From contig NC_045697.1 in the NCBI RefSeq assembly GCF_009834535.1, forward strand, positions 38,566,001 to 38,630,000: a DNA stretch of 64,000 nt. Direction: 5' to 3'. How positions within the stretch are numbered: the stretch's first letter is position 1; each line of letters starts with the position of its first letter. The translations under genes were made by a program, and so were the position numbers. Positions 12,222 to 25,480 of the stretch are shown here, in pieces. The notes under the pieces were generated by a model, which worked only from the letters and a program-made list of their open reading frames with translations, was not told the origin of the DNA and made no database searches. Origin of the DNA: Camelus ferus. Taxonomy: Eukaryota.

Positions 12222-13334
12222 TTTTTCATGCTTTGGGTGGTGTGTTAATTTAGATATGGGGGACAGGCCTGGTTTGAGAGAACCTAACATTTCTTTATGC
12301 CCTTAGTTTGAAGTCTAACCAATATTGGTGTGATTTATGCCCCACTCTCTAAGAACTTCTCAAGTTTCCTTCCAGAAAGAAGTGTTCTCTTCCCTGAACT
12401 TCCAAGGACAGATTTCACATCACCGAAAGTTGATTTAAATTTCTGACTCCCAAGTTGGGGGTAGTGGACCTTCCCATAGACCAGACTACCCTAACACAGA
12501 AATATTCTTTTATTCCCATTCATGATTTGGGACAACAAATGGATTTTATTTTTATCATTTCCTTTCAAAGAGTAGAAACTTGAAAACATGCAGAAGCCTA
12601 TTTTTATTGGATTCATTAAAACAGTTTCACTTGTCCCTTGATGATTGCTGGCTTCTCGTTTAGCCTCCTAGACGCGCCCTTTGTTGCAGGTTCTTCCTTT
12701 CTTTCTGGCTTAGCATTCATATAGAAAGTTCTGAAGGAATAGCCAGTCCCCCGAATACTCTCATTCATTACATTATGCTAGTGATAAATGAAATTAATTT
12801 ATTCTCTGTTGCTTTTTAATTAACCTAGAACTCAATTTTCTCCTGTGAAATAGTTCTATGCAGTACATTTTCATTAATCACCAGCTGGAACCCCAGGAGC
12901 TGCGCCAGAATAGAAAGAAGAGGGGTGGCTCTCTCCCTCCCGGTATTAATACCGTTATTTCTAGTAAGTGTAGTGGGCGCATGGGTCACTCTCCTCAGGG
13001 TCTGTAAGTTGCCCAAGGATAACAGTCACCCAGAAGTTTTGAATGTGCTGACACCCATTTCACTGATTCTGCAAGAAGCGACTTCCACCTGCTCATCACA
13101 AATCATTGCCAAGAACAAGGGGTTGCAAAGAGGCTTGTGATGCTATAGCTTTTATGTATCCTACTGCCTTCCAGAATTTTCAACATAAAATTAGTGGAAA
13201 CTTTACAGAGAATACTCTTTAGGTTGGTTTGTTTGCTTGTTTTTTAGTACACTTTATTTTTTAGATTAGTTTTAGGTTCAGAGCAAAATAAGTCAGTGCA
13301 GTATCTTAACTTAAAAATTCTATTTACACAAAAA

Positions 13335-13450
13335 ACTTTATTGAGATATTATATACATATCATAAATTTTACCTTTTTGAAGTGTACAATTCTGTGTTTC
13401 TTACTATCTTCATGGAGTTGTGCAACTGTCACCACTCTAAGTTCAGAATG
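13335..13450 (-). mobile_element. L1MB-like 3' end fragment
   Basis: ctttattgagatat...acctttttgaagtgtacaattctgtg...gagttgtgcaactgtcaccact. Confidence 0.75.
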
Positions 13451-14089
13451 AAAATTTACTTTTAAATGATGGAATTAAAAATACCATTTAGATAATTGAA
13501 AGGAGAAAAAAATATCCTTCAAATTCACCAGTTTGACAAGCCCTAACTAAATGCTTGTCTTTTTTGGTGCATTTTATTTTAGATTTTTTTTAACATTGAG
13601 ATACATTTTACAAAGAATGATGAGAGTGTTCTGTGTCATTATTTAAATTTTTTTCTTTTGAGAGTAGATGGCTTTGTCTCTTTAAACTGCTCCCAGCGTG
13701 ATGAAGTGTGCCGTGACTCTTACTGCTGTGTGTACACATGAAATTATTCAAGTGAAGAAAAACTTCATGGCCGTGTATGCTGTGGTGTGATGCTCTCTTT
13801 TAAGCCATTTCGCTTAGTATTTGAGCATCCAGAGCACTGTTAAAGCTTTAGACTTTTGATCATTAGTTGTGGAAAGATATCGTTTATTCCTTTGTGCTTC
13901 AGTGTGAAATCCTTAAAAGCTTAACTAATTTAATAAAGCTGGAATGTCCTTAGATGGTGGGGTCCCGTCAGACTAACGTCAGATATGGTGCTGGGCATTG
14001 GGAAGGAGTGATGTCAACTAGCATTGATAGGGGACTGGACAATAAACATGTAAGTGTGAATGATAAGAGAAAGACAGTCAGTGGAAACA

Positions 14090-14720
14090 TGGACAGTGGA
14101 TCTGAACACATTTACAGAAGTTACAAAAATGACAAAAAAAATATGAAAAGATCCTCTGGGGATGTGACTGAAACACTTTTTCTGGAATCAGATTAAGAAC
14201 AATTGAAAAAAATGGATAATGTTAAGCTCAATAAAGGACATGGGAAATGAGGTACTTACATGCTGTGAGTGTAATCATTCAACCTTTTAAGAGGCTAGTT
14301 TGATAGCTTTTATTAAGATTTAAAATGTCTACCATCTTTGATTGAAGAATAGCACTCTTAAGAATTTTGCAGAAGTAATATCATTATACATAAAAATATA
14401 TGTACAGAGATGTTCATTGAAGCCATACTTGCAGTAACAAGAAATTGGAAACAATCTGTTGCTCAGCAGAAGGAAAATTGGCTAAATAAATTATGGTTCA
14501 GACAGCCAATAAAAAGGACAAGGTAGGTACATGTATATGTACTGCTCAGTGCAGATGTGCATGTGAAAAAGTGGAAATATTATATACACCCTTTTATTTT
14601 TAAAAAAAGTGTATTTGTAAGTAGTCTGTTTATGTGTAGGAAAACTAGGGTTGGAGGATATTTTGCCTTTTATTTTACATGATTTTTTCAATTGATTGGA
14701 TTATGAGTGATTTTTACTTT
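14090..14720 (+). mobile_element. Old L1ME-like fragment (ORF2 end / 3'UTR)
   Basis: atatgaaaagatcctc...atgtacagagatgttcattgaagcc...aattggaaacaatc...gctaaataaattatgg; typical sense L1M 3' region. Confidence 0.7.
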
Positions 14721-15853
14721 CTTTTTCCTTGTGTTTTTCAAACCCCAAATTTGGAAAATTAAGTGACATTCATAAGGCTGTCACAGATGAAAGGGTGCAG
14801 CAGTTTGAGCCAGGCTGGAAGTATTGCCAGGTGGAACTCCTTAAGGAACAGGCTTTAATAAATAGCTAAAATTGATTTCTAATTGGTATATCAGCAGTGT
14901 ATATGGGAAAAGATACTTCTAAAGTAGATGGAAATAGTTTTTACCCAGGTTAAGTCTTTAAAATAATTTTAATTTTTTTCTAATCATAAAAGTAAAATCT
15001 AATCATTATAAAACACTTTGAAAAAAAATAAGAATACGAAGAAGATAATAAAAATTACCTATAATTCTGTCACCTAGAGATGATAGTAGGCTAAATCTTA
15101 AAACCTCATCTGTGCTATCAATTTGAAATTTGAAAAAGATTTTTATTTTTCACAATGAGAGCATGCTTCACCCTAATCACTTGTCCAGTGGCTGAATTTG
15201 AGGGGGGATTCATACAATCACAATGAAGTTTCCTGAATGCTTCCTACAGAAAACTGGCTTTGGTAAGACTGCATGTTGTAATCCGAATTAAAAGAGAAGG
15301 ACAAAAATGCTGAACAGTAAAAGAAGGTGGGTAGGAGGACAGACAGTCAAATCCTACATTTTCACACTGTTAGAGAAGGGCGTAGAAGTGTCTGTGATCA
15401 AACCAGCCAGTAAAGAAATTTCCCCTTGTTTCTCCCCTCCTGCTGTTAGTGCTGGCAGCCAACCAGCAATCTTGGAGGAGCTGGCGAGAGTGGAAAGGAC
15501 CATCAGTGACCTGAGTACTTGTGTCATTTGGTACCCAGAGTGTAATTCTCTGAGGGACTCGAATCCTCACGAATACACTTATACTTGTAGGAGGAGAGTT
15601 TGGGTTACAGAGTTCACCACCCTAAGCTGCTCACCCCTGGCAGTGTTACTTAAGTTTCCCCTTTGCGTGATGGGCCCCGATTCCTCCCTCATGATCTGTC
15701 CATACATCACAAGCAGGTCTGGTCAGTAGCTTCTTGAGGTCCCTTACCCCCTTCACCCCCAAGTTCAGAATTGCATACTGAGCTGTGCTCCCAGAGGCTA
15801 GAGCATTGAGTAATTTCTAACCCCTCAGCGCTTTACTGTGCCATCTTCACTGT

Positions 15854-16003
15854 AAGGATGGCACATAATTTGCAGGGTCCAGTGAAGAACAAAAACGTGG
15901 GCCCCTTGTCTAAAAGTTAAGAATTTTAAGACAGTGCAAGCAAAGCATTACAACAGGTGGGGGCCTTTGGAACTGCAGGTTGCATGTCCACGAAACTGGC
16001 TCT
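15854..16003 (-). mobile_element. MER45A hAT-Tip100 DNA transposon
   Basis: cacataatttgcagggtccagtg...gggccccttgtctaaaagttaagaattttaagac...gcatta...caggttgcatgtccacgaaactggc matches the recalled reverse MER45A consensus over nearly its full length. Confidence 0.8.
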
Positions 16004-16176
16004 CCTCACCTCACCCTCGCCTCCTGACCAGAGGTGTCCTGTTACTGAGAGAGGCACATAGATCGTATCCCAGTTCCTCCTTTCCTTTTTTGAGTTCATC
16101 TAGTACTTAACGTCTGTATGGGGTTGCCAGCCTTCTGATCCTTAGGACAGAACTGCTCTTTGAGGAGGACCGGTAT

Positions 16177-16756
16177 TGTAGGGCAGGGAAGACATCCTTT
16201 TCCTCCTGCCCTCCTTGGCACTCCACCTGGGCCCTGTAAATTACACTAACAGACAGATTATCAGGGGAGAAACAAGCAAACATTTATTAACATGTACAAA
16301 ACACTCAGCCAAGGGCGTACCCAGAGATGAGTCATTCTGAGGGCTGGTAGAACTTGGGCTTAAAAAGCATCTTAGTCAAGGAACAGTACATTTTTAGAGA
16401 AGTGACAAGACAAAGGAAAAGGACTTAGAGTTTGTGGTGCAACAAATTGTTAGAAAGGCAAATGTATGAGGAACTAGTGGATAAGAAATAAGAGCTAGTT
16501 AGTAAGGTTTGTTATGTAGGTACCTCTGGTGCCATCGCTGGGCCAACATGAGTCTAAAGTTGTCTCTGGTGGTTAAGTTTTGTCCTTTCTGCTAGAAGAT
16601 GTAGGTGGAAGAACATTTTTGTAAATTTATGTCCTGCTTTTGGGCAAATAGAGGGAGAGAAGAGGGCTTTTCTTGTATCTGCTTCTCAGTTACCTTATGC
16701 TTAAGTGGCATATTTTGGGGTGGCATATCCTGGGGCGGCATTTTCTGCTGTCCTGT
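16177..16756 (-). mobile_element. ERV1-class (MER41-like) solo LTR
   Basis: Begins TGTAG; shares acagattatcaggggagaaa, gacaaaggaaaagg and aagtggcatattttggggtggcatat with the 4695-5190 LTR; right boundary approximate. Confidence 0.75.
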
Positions 16757-17174
16757 GTTGTCCTTTCTGGACAGATGCAGCCCCGTGAGCTCTTGATTGA
16801 CACCTTGTGCATATTCAAAGAAGACTGCCCTTTCTTCCTGCAGACACAGCCTTGTGCTGGGGCACCTAGCTGGGCCCTGGGTGAGTGGCAGGCAAGCTGG
16901 ATTTCATTCTCCTCTAGCATCCTTGGCTGGGCATCCTCGTGCAAGGAACAGCCTGCATAATCCTACACAGTTGCCTTGCCCAGGGAACAACCTGGCTGCT
17001 CGCTTGTCACAGAGTGACAAGATCAATAGGCTAGACTGTCCTTTCTCCTTACTGTTCCCGCATGACCATCCAGATCCCTTAATTTGGAGTCCCTGAGTCC
17101 CTAGGCTTTTCGGGTTTACACTCTAGGCTGTAACTCTTTGTCCTTTCTGTTGGTTGGTTTTTGCTCACTTATTT

Positions 17175-17306
17175 GTTGTTGTTGTTGTTTGGGGGTAATT
17201 AGGTTTATTTATTTACCTATTTATTTTAATGGAGGTACTGGGGACTGAACCCAGAACCTTGTGCATGCCAAGCATGCGCTCTACAATTGAGCGATACCCT
17301 CTTCCC
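17175..17306 (-). mobile_element. Camelid tRNA-Ala-derived SINE (Vic-1 type)
   Basis: Exact 15-bp TSD tttgctcacttattt at 17160-17174 and 17307-17321; tRNA-like head and ggtaattaggttt tail. Confidence 0.95.
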
Positions 17307-18529
17307 TTTGCTCACTTATTTTTAAAATTCCTTTTCTTATGATTAAAAACCTTCTATTATTGGGATCCATCTACCTAGCTTCGCTAGTTTCCTCAGTGGC
17401 AGGCAATCAGATCCACTAGCCTCTTCATCCATCTTTCTGTTCTAAGTTGGCAGGAGTTTTGGTCTCACTCTTAGAATGATATATGTTTAAACAAAGAAAA
17501 GAAATGAATGAAATATAAAAGAGAGAAATGAACTATTATAATCTTTATAGTATTTTCTAATTCCTGTCTAGCTTTGCCTGAGAGTAAGCCGGAGAAAGGT
17601 GAGAACTGAGGGAAGAAAAGAACAGGTGAAGCCAGGTTCTTGAGAAGGGTTTTTTAAACTCGGTTCTGACATTAAAAATTAAAAGGACATCAGATTCCCT
17701 TCCTTTCCCACACCCATCAAAAATAAATAACGTGTGCACTCAGAAAGAGTTATGGAAGGTGGAATCTGTTCATACTGGCTTTTAAAACCCTGCATATGTT
17801 CCTCCCATGCAATTGTAGTTGAGTCCCAGAAGAGCCGTGCTGAGTTGCTCCCGGACCATCTAGCCTGGTGTTCAGATTGCAGAGACTGCAGTATTGCCGA
17901 GGAATGGATTGAGGTGGGACAGGGACTGGGGATGTACTTTAAATGATGAAATCATCTAAAAGAGACTGAGCCCCTATCCACTTTTCTAAATTCTTTTATA
18001 ATTTGTTTAAATGTATGTGTGTGTGTGTTGGGGAGAGGCTTGGAAACTAAAAGTCCAGTACTCATTATAGAAAAAAATACTTCCCCTCATTTACTTGCTT
18101 AGAGCCTCGGGTTTATTCCAGATTTATTTGCTATTTCTGATGGTGGTAATTCAGGGTCTGTGGTTTTGAATCAGATTTAGGTACTCCCATCGCTTAGTAT
18201 TGTACCTGTGAACTTAGAGATATTCTATATGAACAGATTTGTAAACAGAGATATAAACTATGTGTGCATGTGTTCCTACTCACCATTTCTCTAGATAAAT
18301 ACAGAATTTATAGGAATATGAGATTCCCTTCATTAAAAATATTTAAGGCAGACTAGAAGAATATTTTCTTTGATTTTTATCTGAAAGCAAAACTTTCTTT
18401 TACTCTTCCATATTGCTTTGTTACTGATAACAGAATTGGACCCCTAGGTTACTGTGAATTAATATGTGCTCATTTTACTAGTTAGAATATAAGCCTGACC
18501 ATGAAGAGCAGGACCCCAACAGTGATATG

Positions 18530-18896
18530 TTGGAAATTTATCTTCTTGTAACAGCTCAAGGACAATATGGTGGCTCTGCTCCATAAGGACATCTGGGACC
18601 TAAGTTCCTTCTCCCTTGTTACTTGGCCATCCTTAGTGTGTGTTCCTCACCAGTGTGGCCCTAGATGGCCTGCTACCATGTCCATGTTCTCGGCACCAGG
18701 ACGGAGGAAGGGAAAGAAAAACAGCGTATGCCTTCCCTTTAAGCACAGTCCTGGAAGTTGCCTATATCCCATTAGCCAGACCTTAGCCATAAACTCTGTA
18801 GTGGGTGGCCAGGTACCTAGCTGAAAATCTTGGAGTTTAACGCCATTGAAGAAAGGGAGAGTGCACACTGGAGGACAGCTGTCAGTCTTTGTCACA
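18530..18896 (-). mobile_element. MLT1K/L-like MaLR LTR
   Basis: ggtggctctgctcca...tgggacctaagttccttc...agatggcctgct...ccattagccagaccttagcca...gaagaaagggagagtg...gacagctgtcagtctttgtcaca. Confidence 0.7.
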
Positions 18897-19559
18897 GGTA
18901 CCTCTGAGATCATTCTGCTCATCACATTTTGAACCCAGAGCACCAAATGTTACATGACATAATTAGCTTATTAAGAAGATAGGCACAAAATCTGACATTA
19001 ATTGCAAATGGCTTCCATGTCACCAGTCGATGTTGATCGCATGCCAGTGGCTGCCTGTGGCATGGTAAGCAGGATTGTAGGACTATATTTGCACTGATCC
19101 GGAAAATGATTACATGATCAATAAGTGATACCTGCCCTGGGCCCAGATAGGAGAATAATGTTATGTATTTGCTATATTAGTCTTAATTCAGAGAACAGCT
19201 CTTATAAAGTCATAGATTTTTGTTGTTGGTAGCACGTTAGAGGTGTTTCCTTTTTTCCCCAATGATTCATTCCATAGCCACCAAGCAAGGGTTTAAATTG
19301 AGCAATGGAATTGGGGCTTTATATATAATGTAAATATCACTGACTAGTGGAAAGGTAGGTTCAATTGAATGACCAATTAAAATCAAGTTTTAGAACACTC
19401 AGGTAAACCTGAAGGTGCTAAGAAAGCCACCACTGTGTGATCATATTCAGGGAAGAAAGGGTGAGAAACAGACTAGTAAGAATCAGTTAATTTTCTTCTT
19501 GCTCGGAACTTGTTTGTATGACTGACTTGGTGGTTTCAAATACTGTGTGTGTACTTCCT

Positions 19560-19720
19560 TGTTTTGCTTTATCTTTGTATGTGTTTTGTCTCATCAACCA
19601 GACTGTGAGCTCTTAAGAAACGGGTCTACTTGGGACATCTCCCTGTGTCCCCAGTGTCTCTAGCACACATCTTAAACAACAGAGAAAGTGCAATAGATAT
19701 TTGTTGGTTGCTGGATTGAA
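19560..19720 (+). mobile_element. L2 3' end
   Basis: accagactgtgagctcttaag...tgtgtccccagtgtctctagcaca...caatagatatttgttgg. Confidence 0.75.
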
Positions 19721-20255
19721 ACCATGAATGGTGTTCTAGTTTGCAGTTTGTTTTTCTTTTGTATTCAAGGAGTTTGCTCACTGCATGAGTGTTACTACCT
19801 CGATTTGTCTTTCGGATGCTGAGGTTGAAGGTGATTAAATGAATTGTACCATTCTTCCTGGGGCTCCGAATGCATTATTGATTGGTAGCAGAATTGACTA
19901 GCATAAATGGCAGCAGAGGATTTTCTTCCTCTCTTTTACCGTGTGTTGTTTTGGCAGGAGAGGTGGAGGACAGTTTTCAAGGTTCTCCAAAAGCTGCATG
20001 ATAAATAACTGCTGGATAAATTCATATCCTTTTCTAGATGAGAGCAAAACAAGGGGCCAGATCTGGCTGTCCTGGTTTTGCTTTCCTCGGGCAGCCCACT
20101 GGCAGGAGTCACTTTGCTCTTGGTTCGGGTCCTAGTCCCTCCCTTGCATGTCTGTAACTGTGGGTGAGTCATGGCAACCTTGCTGCCCTCCTTTTTCCAA
20201 TTGTAAAAGATAGATGAGTTGCCACCAGATGTCTTCAAGTGCCTCTGACTTCCAG

Positions 20256-20362
20256 AATGGAAGACCCTCTGGAAGCAGGAAGCATCGTTGTTGCAGGAAG
20301 TGGGCTCTTTGCATGATAACTCACTCATTTTCCCCCTCCCCTCAACCAGATTTCCTGCTGAG
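20256..20362 (+). CDS. Candidate internal exon (107 nt); reads (E)WKTLWKQEASLLQEVGSLHDNSLIFPLPSTRFPAE if joined to 9264
   Basis: Strong donor GAG|GTAAGG, moderate acceptor gcctctgacttccAG, open in the frame required by the phase-1 exon ending at 9264; could instead be a first exon or non-coding. Confidence 0.3.
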
Positions 20363-20654
20363 GTAAGGAATATGGAGTGGGTTTTTTGTTTTTTGTTTTT
20401 TTTTTCTTTAGCTTTCAGTTCCTTTTGTGTATGTCTGGCCTTGTAAACGTGGTGAATAAATGCTATAATTATAACCCTTTTTGACAGCTCTGTAATTTAA
20501 TTGTAATTCACTCTAAGCATTTTTTTTAAGACAGTGGTGTGTATTGAAGATGCAGCTGCTCCAATCTCATCTACTAAACTGACAGGAATCGTTGGAATCA
20601 TCATCCCAGCAACTGTGGGAACTTTCAATCTATTCAGGGCCAAATACAGGAATA

Positions 20655-20659
<5 letters not shown>

Positions 20660-20708
<49 letters not shown>
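20660..20708. repeat. Compound (TG)10(GA)14 microsatellite
   Basis: Read directly. Confidence 0.98.
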
Positions 20709-20945
20709 CCACTTTCTGTTTCCCGGCTTGGCAAAAGTAGCAATGCCATATTTACAGAGAAGCATCACTTAATAGTGGCCTTTGCATAAATATGTAAAAT
20801 ACACATACTAAAGTGGGAAAACTCTTGGATTTATTTTCTGCAGTATTTCTTTGCTAACATTTAGAGGGAGTCACTCTATCAACCTGAAGCTGATTCCTGC
20901 CAGCATTGGCAGGTGGTCACTGGTCACCCATCGGTCATCAGATGT

Positions 20946-21367
20946 TGTGTTAGTTCCTTCGGCTGCCGAGTGGCTTATACAGCAGGAATTGGTTGTTCCG
21001 CTCTCTGTGTTCTGCAGGCTAGAAGTCCAAGATCAAGGTGCTGGCAGGGTTGATTCCTTCCGAGCGCTGGGAAGGAAAATCTGTGTATTCCTCTCTCCTA
21101 GCTCCTGGTGGCTTCGGGTGTTCCTTGGCTTGTACGTGATGTTCTCTCCATGTCTTCACACCATCTTCCCTCTATGGGTGTCTCTGTCCAGGTTTCCCCT
21201 TTTTATTAGGACATCAGTCATTTGGATTGGGGCCCATCCTAATGACCTCATTTTAACTTGATTACTTCTGTAAAGACCCTTTCTCCAAATAAGGGCACAT
21301 TCTGAGGTACTAGGGGTTAGGACTCGAACGTATCTTGTCTGGAGGGGGCACCGTTCAACTCGCAACA
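20946..21367 (-). mobile_element. MLT1C/B-like MaLR solo LTR
   Basis: TG...CA termini; exact 5-bp TSD GATGT at 20941-20945 and 21368-21372; ggctagaagtccaagatcaaggtg...taatgacctcattttaacttgatta...cacattctgaggtactaggggttaggact. Confidence 0.92.
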
Positions 21368-21984
21368 GATGTCTACTTGAATATGCAGAAATTTTCTTCT
21401 TATAATAGCTATAAATAATTTTACCCAAAAATAATTATAATTATTTTATAATTATAGGATAATTATAGGAAGACTCTCATAAGAATTATTTATTTTATAA
21501 TGATATTGTTCCTCGTATTTATTTTGGGCTACAATGCAGAGCAATTAAATCTACCATCTTTCCTGATATTTGGCCAAGTAGTTGGCAGTGGAGCCTAGCT
21601 TGCCATTTGACCTTCACTGCCCTCAGTACAACTTACTGGATGCAAGATGTTGTGAAAGAATTGAGAATAGCAGGTCACCTCAGAACCTTCTAACTGGTAG
21701 GTGAACTGAAGGTGAGTTCTTCTAATTGAAGCTGAATAACATGAGTCTCCCCCAGCCCCAGTTCTTTCCTTCCCCACCACTTCTGCTCCCTGTTGCAAAT
21801 GGGAGTTTGGATATAATTCAAGAAGATGTTCCTAGTATCAGGAAATTTCTTCATTTGAGGATTCTGGTGGGCTCGATCACAGATTGCTATGAAACAGAAA
21901 TTTGAAAATAAAATCTAAGATTAAGGAAATAAAATGGAAGAAATGAAGGTGAGTTGATTGTGATAGAAATAACAGAGAACTGGA

Positions 21985-22130
21985 TATTAGGAAAACAGAC
22001 TCTGGTCAAGGTTTTCCAGTTAACTAACATGACCTTGGACAAGTAAATCCACCTTTCTGTTTGCTGACTGTACAGAGTGGGCATTGGATCATTACAGGGG
22101 ATCTCTCGGATACCTCCTGGCTTAAAAGCC
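21985..22130 (+). mobile_element. MIR fragment
   Basis: taactaacatgaccttggacaagt...ctttctgtttgctgactgtac resembles the MIR core. Confidence 0.55.
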
Positions 22131-23039
22131 TGCGATTCCAGGGTCACTGGTGCACAAGAAGCAGCAGTTTGATAGCAATGATTTAGCTCAGTGCTAAGAT
22201 GTCGTGCTTGGCGAAGCCTCCAAAGTGTTGGGTCAGAGATTCAACATCATCTGTGAAAACATAAAGTACCAGGTGCATTGAGGCTTACACTGCAAGGGGG
22301 CAAAATGGGGAAACGAGTTGGGGAAATTCAGCTGTAAGAAATATGAGAAAGAAGACCAAAAGATTATATGTGAGTGAAAGAAAAAAAAGGAGGAGTAAAA
22401 GCTCTCAGAAACCTACCTACAGGTGTGGTAGGCAGCCACCATTCTGAGGAGCCTCCTCTACTCTCGCCCTTTGATCCGCAGTCACACCCATATTTTTATT
22501 ACCACTCCAGTATATTTCTGAAGCCAAATATTTACTTTCCCCATAATCTCAAATATCCTAAACATGCAAGAGCAAACAGTGGTATGATTGCAGGCTTCCT
22601 TTGCTTTCTAGGAGATTAGCACAGGGGTCTAATTAGGAGGACCTGTCATTTCGAGTCTCTGCTCTTGTGATCAACACTTAGCTCTCCATAGACAAGCTCT
22701 CTGAACTTCACTCTGCTCCCTAAGAAATGAGATGTGGGATTTTAGTTGGCATGTGCCTAAGGGAAAAGTGACCTTGTTTGAAGGAGTTGAGTAGCCTGCT
22801 GGAGCCTGTTGGAGGAAGGGCACACGCCTCACTGCAGTTCTTGGTGTGCTGTGTGAATCTGCGGGATGTTGCTTTCAGGACCATCTAGAATGAGGACAAG
22901 CCAATAAATTCATTTCAGTGTAGTGATTTTTTTTTCTTGCAAGCCTGGGTTTTGGTTTTTTTAAGGAGGGGGGGGCGAGAATCCTGTTCTTTGAGCTTAG
23001 GACCCTTGGAGAAGGAACTGGGTTGGCTGTAAGGCATGA

Positions 23040-23600
23040 TTATCCATTTATTAAATACTGGCTAGAACAAATGGTAGTTACGCCACACTGTGACACATAC
23101 TATACTGGAAGTTTGAACAAAGGACTCTGTGCACCTTAGTGAAGTGGGGAAATAGTGGAAGGGGAGCATAATCCGTAGAAGTCTTGCTTGGAGGAAGTGA
23201 GGGCAGGCTTCCTAAAGGATGTCGCATTTTAGCTGGGTCTTTAAGATGGTCTTTAAGGACGTGTAGAAAATGAAAAGAAGGTCCAGGCAGATAGATAACC
23301 ATGGACAAAGAAGAAAATGCTTGATGTATTCAGAATCTAGCCCAGTAATTCAGTGTGCTTGAGGCTTAGGGTTTGTAGTGAGGAGGGACAGGGCAGACGC
23401 CTGGAAAGGCAGTAGGTTAAGGCTTGATTATGAAAGATGTCGAATGTGCCATGCTAGGGAGCTGAACTTGATCCTGTAGGTGAGAGAGACTCTGGAAGTT
23501 TTTAAACAGGAAGATCATCCTGACAGCCACATGGAGCATGGATCAGAAGGCTCCAAACCACAGTCAGGAAAATGAATTTGGAAACTATTGCAGCATCCCC
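23040..23600 (-). mobile_element. L2 fragment
   Basis: gcaggcttcctaaaggatgtcgcattttagctgggtct...ccaggcaga...tgccatgctagggagctgaacttgatcctgtagg. Confidence 0.7.
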
Positions 23601-23729
23601 ATTGAGCAAAGCAAGAACAACAGACTACTGTCAGCCTTTTCAGAAGCTTCTACTAAGAAGCTTTTATCATGGTCATTACAAGGTTAAGAGCTGCTGCTTT
23701 TTTGTTAACTTCATTGGATTTTTAAAGTT

Positions 23730-24720
23730 TTCTTTCTTTAATTTAATTTTTAAATATGCAATGAATTTCCATATGTCAAAAATATGAAAGTTTAAAAGGT
23801 GTAAGGTGAACTCTTCACATCCCATGTCTCACGTCCGTTTCCCCCTCCCCAGGATACCACTGTTTTTCCAAAGACTATTTCATAGGTGGTATGTTCTTCC
23901 AAGGGGGGCAGACAGTATCAGGTTTTCTCTCTTTTTTTTTTGTGGCTTCTTGTACTTTCATGGTTTCATTTTTAATATTTTCATCTTTGCCGTACTTGGA
24001 GTTTATCTTGATGTATGGTGTGGGTATGGCTCCAAATTTATCTTTTTCCAGTTGGTTAACCGGTCATTCCAGCAACATTTATGGAATGGTCTCTCTTTCC
24101 CCACTGCTTTAAGATGCCACTTTTATCATATATTAAATCCCCAAATGTTATTTGGGTCATTTTCTGGGTTTCTGTTCTGTTCCATTGATCCATCTGTGTC
24201 TTCATGCAGTAGTTTCACACTGGGTTGATGACCGAGGGTCTATAAAACACCTTACTGTCTGGTAGAGCTTGTGTCCCCTTATCACCCTTCTTTTTCAGAG
24301 CCTTGCTCACTCTTCTTTTTTATTGGAATTGCATTTGACTTCTAGGTTAAGTTAGGAAGAATGATGTCTTTATGATGTCAGGTTTTCCTTCCCACGAACC
24401 TTTCCATTTGATCACTTATCTGTCCCTTAGAAGTGTCTGAAAGTGTTCTTCATATAGTCCTTCACATTGTTCTTAAGTTTATTCCTAGATTTTTTTTTGT
24501 TTTGGCTGTTATTATAGGTGACAACTTCTCACCCATTATACCCTCTGTTTGTTGTTTATGAAAGCCATTGAGCCATTCTCCATCAGATTTGGAAATTCTC
24601 TTCTGTTTTAGTAGTTTTTCAGTTGACTTTCTTGGGGTTTTCATCATATGGGCTGTAAACAGTGATGGTTTAAACCGCCTCTATTCCAAGCTTTCATTCA
24701 TCTAACCCTTTTCTACTGTG
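23730..24720 (-). mobile_element. Old L1M fragments (antisense ORF2 / 3' region)
   Basis: T-rich; ccagcaacatttatggaatggtctctctttcccc...tctgttccattgatccatctgt...ttattggaattgcatt...tgttcttaagtttattcctaga. Confidence 0.7.
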
Positions 24721-25049
24721 TTGGCTAAACCTTTCGCTTACTTAATCCTGGTTCAAACCTGTTCTTTCCTCAGTTGCTTGTACTATTTTTTTTTTACTGC
24801 ATATTTGCTTTGGCTTGAATCTGACTCTTCCAGCACTCCCTGGCAGCAGATGACACGATGGCCTCCTTTGCCCTAGAGCTGGGTGCCAGGTATGACCGAC
24901 TGGTATCAGGTCTGGTGAGAGTCGGGTGTCAAAGGATACAAGCCCTGGGCTGTGCCTCTCCATCTAAACAGCAGGCTCTTTACACCCTATTCTTGTAAGA
25001 AAATTAGGTAAATAGCTCTTCACTTGTGATCTTCTCTCAAGACTGTAAT

Positions 25050-25139
25050 TTTTTTTTTAAACAGAGGTGCTGGGGATTGAACCCAGGACCTTGTGCATGC
25101 TAAGCATGTGCTTTTCCACTGAGCTATACTCCCCACCCC
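25050..25139 (-). mobile_element. Camelid tRNA-Ala-derived SINE (short tail)
   Basis: gaggtgctggggattgaacccaggaccttgtgcatgctaagcatgtgcttttccactgagctatactcccc; flanking repeat actgtaattttt. Confidence 0.92.
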
Positions 25140-25171
25140 AATGACACTGTAATTTTTTGAATAAAGACATC

Positions 25172-25480
25172 TTTTTTTTTTTAATTGAAGTATAATTGAT
25201 TGACAGTGCTGTGTTAGTTTCTGGTGTCCAGCATAGAGATTCAGTTATACATGTGTATTCTTTTTCATTATAGTTTGTTACAAGCTATTGAATATAATTC
25301 CCTGTGCTATACAGTAGGACCTTGTTGTTTATCTATTCTGTATATAGTACTGTGTACCTGCTAATCCCAAACTCCTAATTTATCCCTTCTCGACCCTTCC
25401 CCTTTTGGTAACCATGAGTTTGTTTTCTATGCCTGTGAGTCTGTTTCTGTTTTGTAAATAAGTTCATTTGTATCATTTAG
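25172..25480 (-). mobile_element. 5'-truncated cetartiodactyl-type L1 3' end
   Basis: Poly-T + aattgaagtataattga...gaatataattccctgtgctatacagtaggaccttgttg...ggtaaccatgagtttg; TSD taaagacat at 25162-25170 and 25482-25490. Confidence 0.92.

Noticed and set aside
13698..13800. Box C (GTGATGA) suggesting a snoRNA
   Set aside because: No CTGA box D or terminal stem at a suitable distance
15307..15729. 140-aa + strand ORF with an internal good acceptor at 15449
   Set aside because: No recognisable homology and no convincing donor; length is within chance for 64 kb
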